This document shows positions 58,667-58,668 of a stretch of 58,668 bases of DNA, piece after piece (positions within the stretch are counted from its first letter, which is position 1; each line of letters starts with the position of its first letter). A program made the translations under genes and the position numbers. This DNA is from Pseudomonadota bacterium. GTDB lineage: Bacteria; Bdellovibrionota; FAC87; UBA2466. The stretch covers positions 1 to 58,668 of the forward strand of contig JAYUGC010000122.1 in the NCBI GenBank assembly GCA_043767805.1, written 5' to 3'. Under the pieces are notes generated by a model. The model worked only from the letters and a program-made list of their open reading frames with translations. It was not told the origin of the DNA and made no database searches.

Positions 58667-58668
58667 TA

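Noticed and set aside
1..58668. CRISPR array or cas genes
   Set aside because: I saw no regularly spaced repeat-spacer series and no Cas motifs.

Overview
Bacterial chromosomal window of fairly high GC. The gene repertoire (TIGR02147-type protein, FliA-like promoters, rplS-rnhB-yraN-rsmI order) suggests Bdellovibrionota or a related deltaproteobacterium; this is inference. Positions 1-47.5 kb are core-like: end of eno, three rRNA-modification genes, a stand-alone rplC, a gingipain-like C25 protease, and guaBA running straight into a kynurenine/2-aminomuconate catabolic operon that ends in an asparaginase-II::KynB fusion. Further on are a CHASE2 kinase/NtrC-type system, a cobalamin riboswitch-controlled TonB receptor/lipoprotein/TonB operon, purMN, kal, rplS, rnhB, rsmI, an HNH gene and trxA. 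From tRNA-Val(GAC) at 47505 the window is accessory. A decayed ~6.25 kb integrative element (large serine recombinase, Replic_Relax protein, FtsK, IS21 end, acyltransferase cargo) is followed by a second island with recJ, an AEP-primase/SF2-helicase and an HTH gene. The most striking observation is that the att site lies inside the recombinase reading frame. Integrated, the recombinase ends in a 13-aa tail read antisense from the tRNA; excision would fuse it in frame to a 149-aa HTH/recombinase-like domain encoded at the opposite end of the element. All family calls come from motif recognition by eye; no database searches were run.
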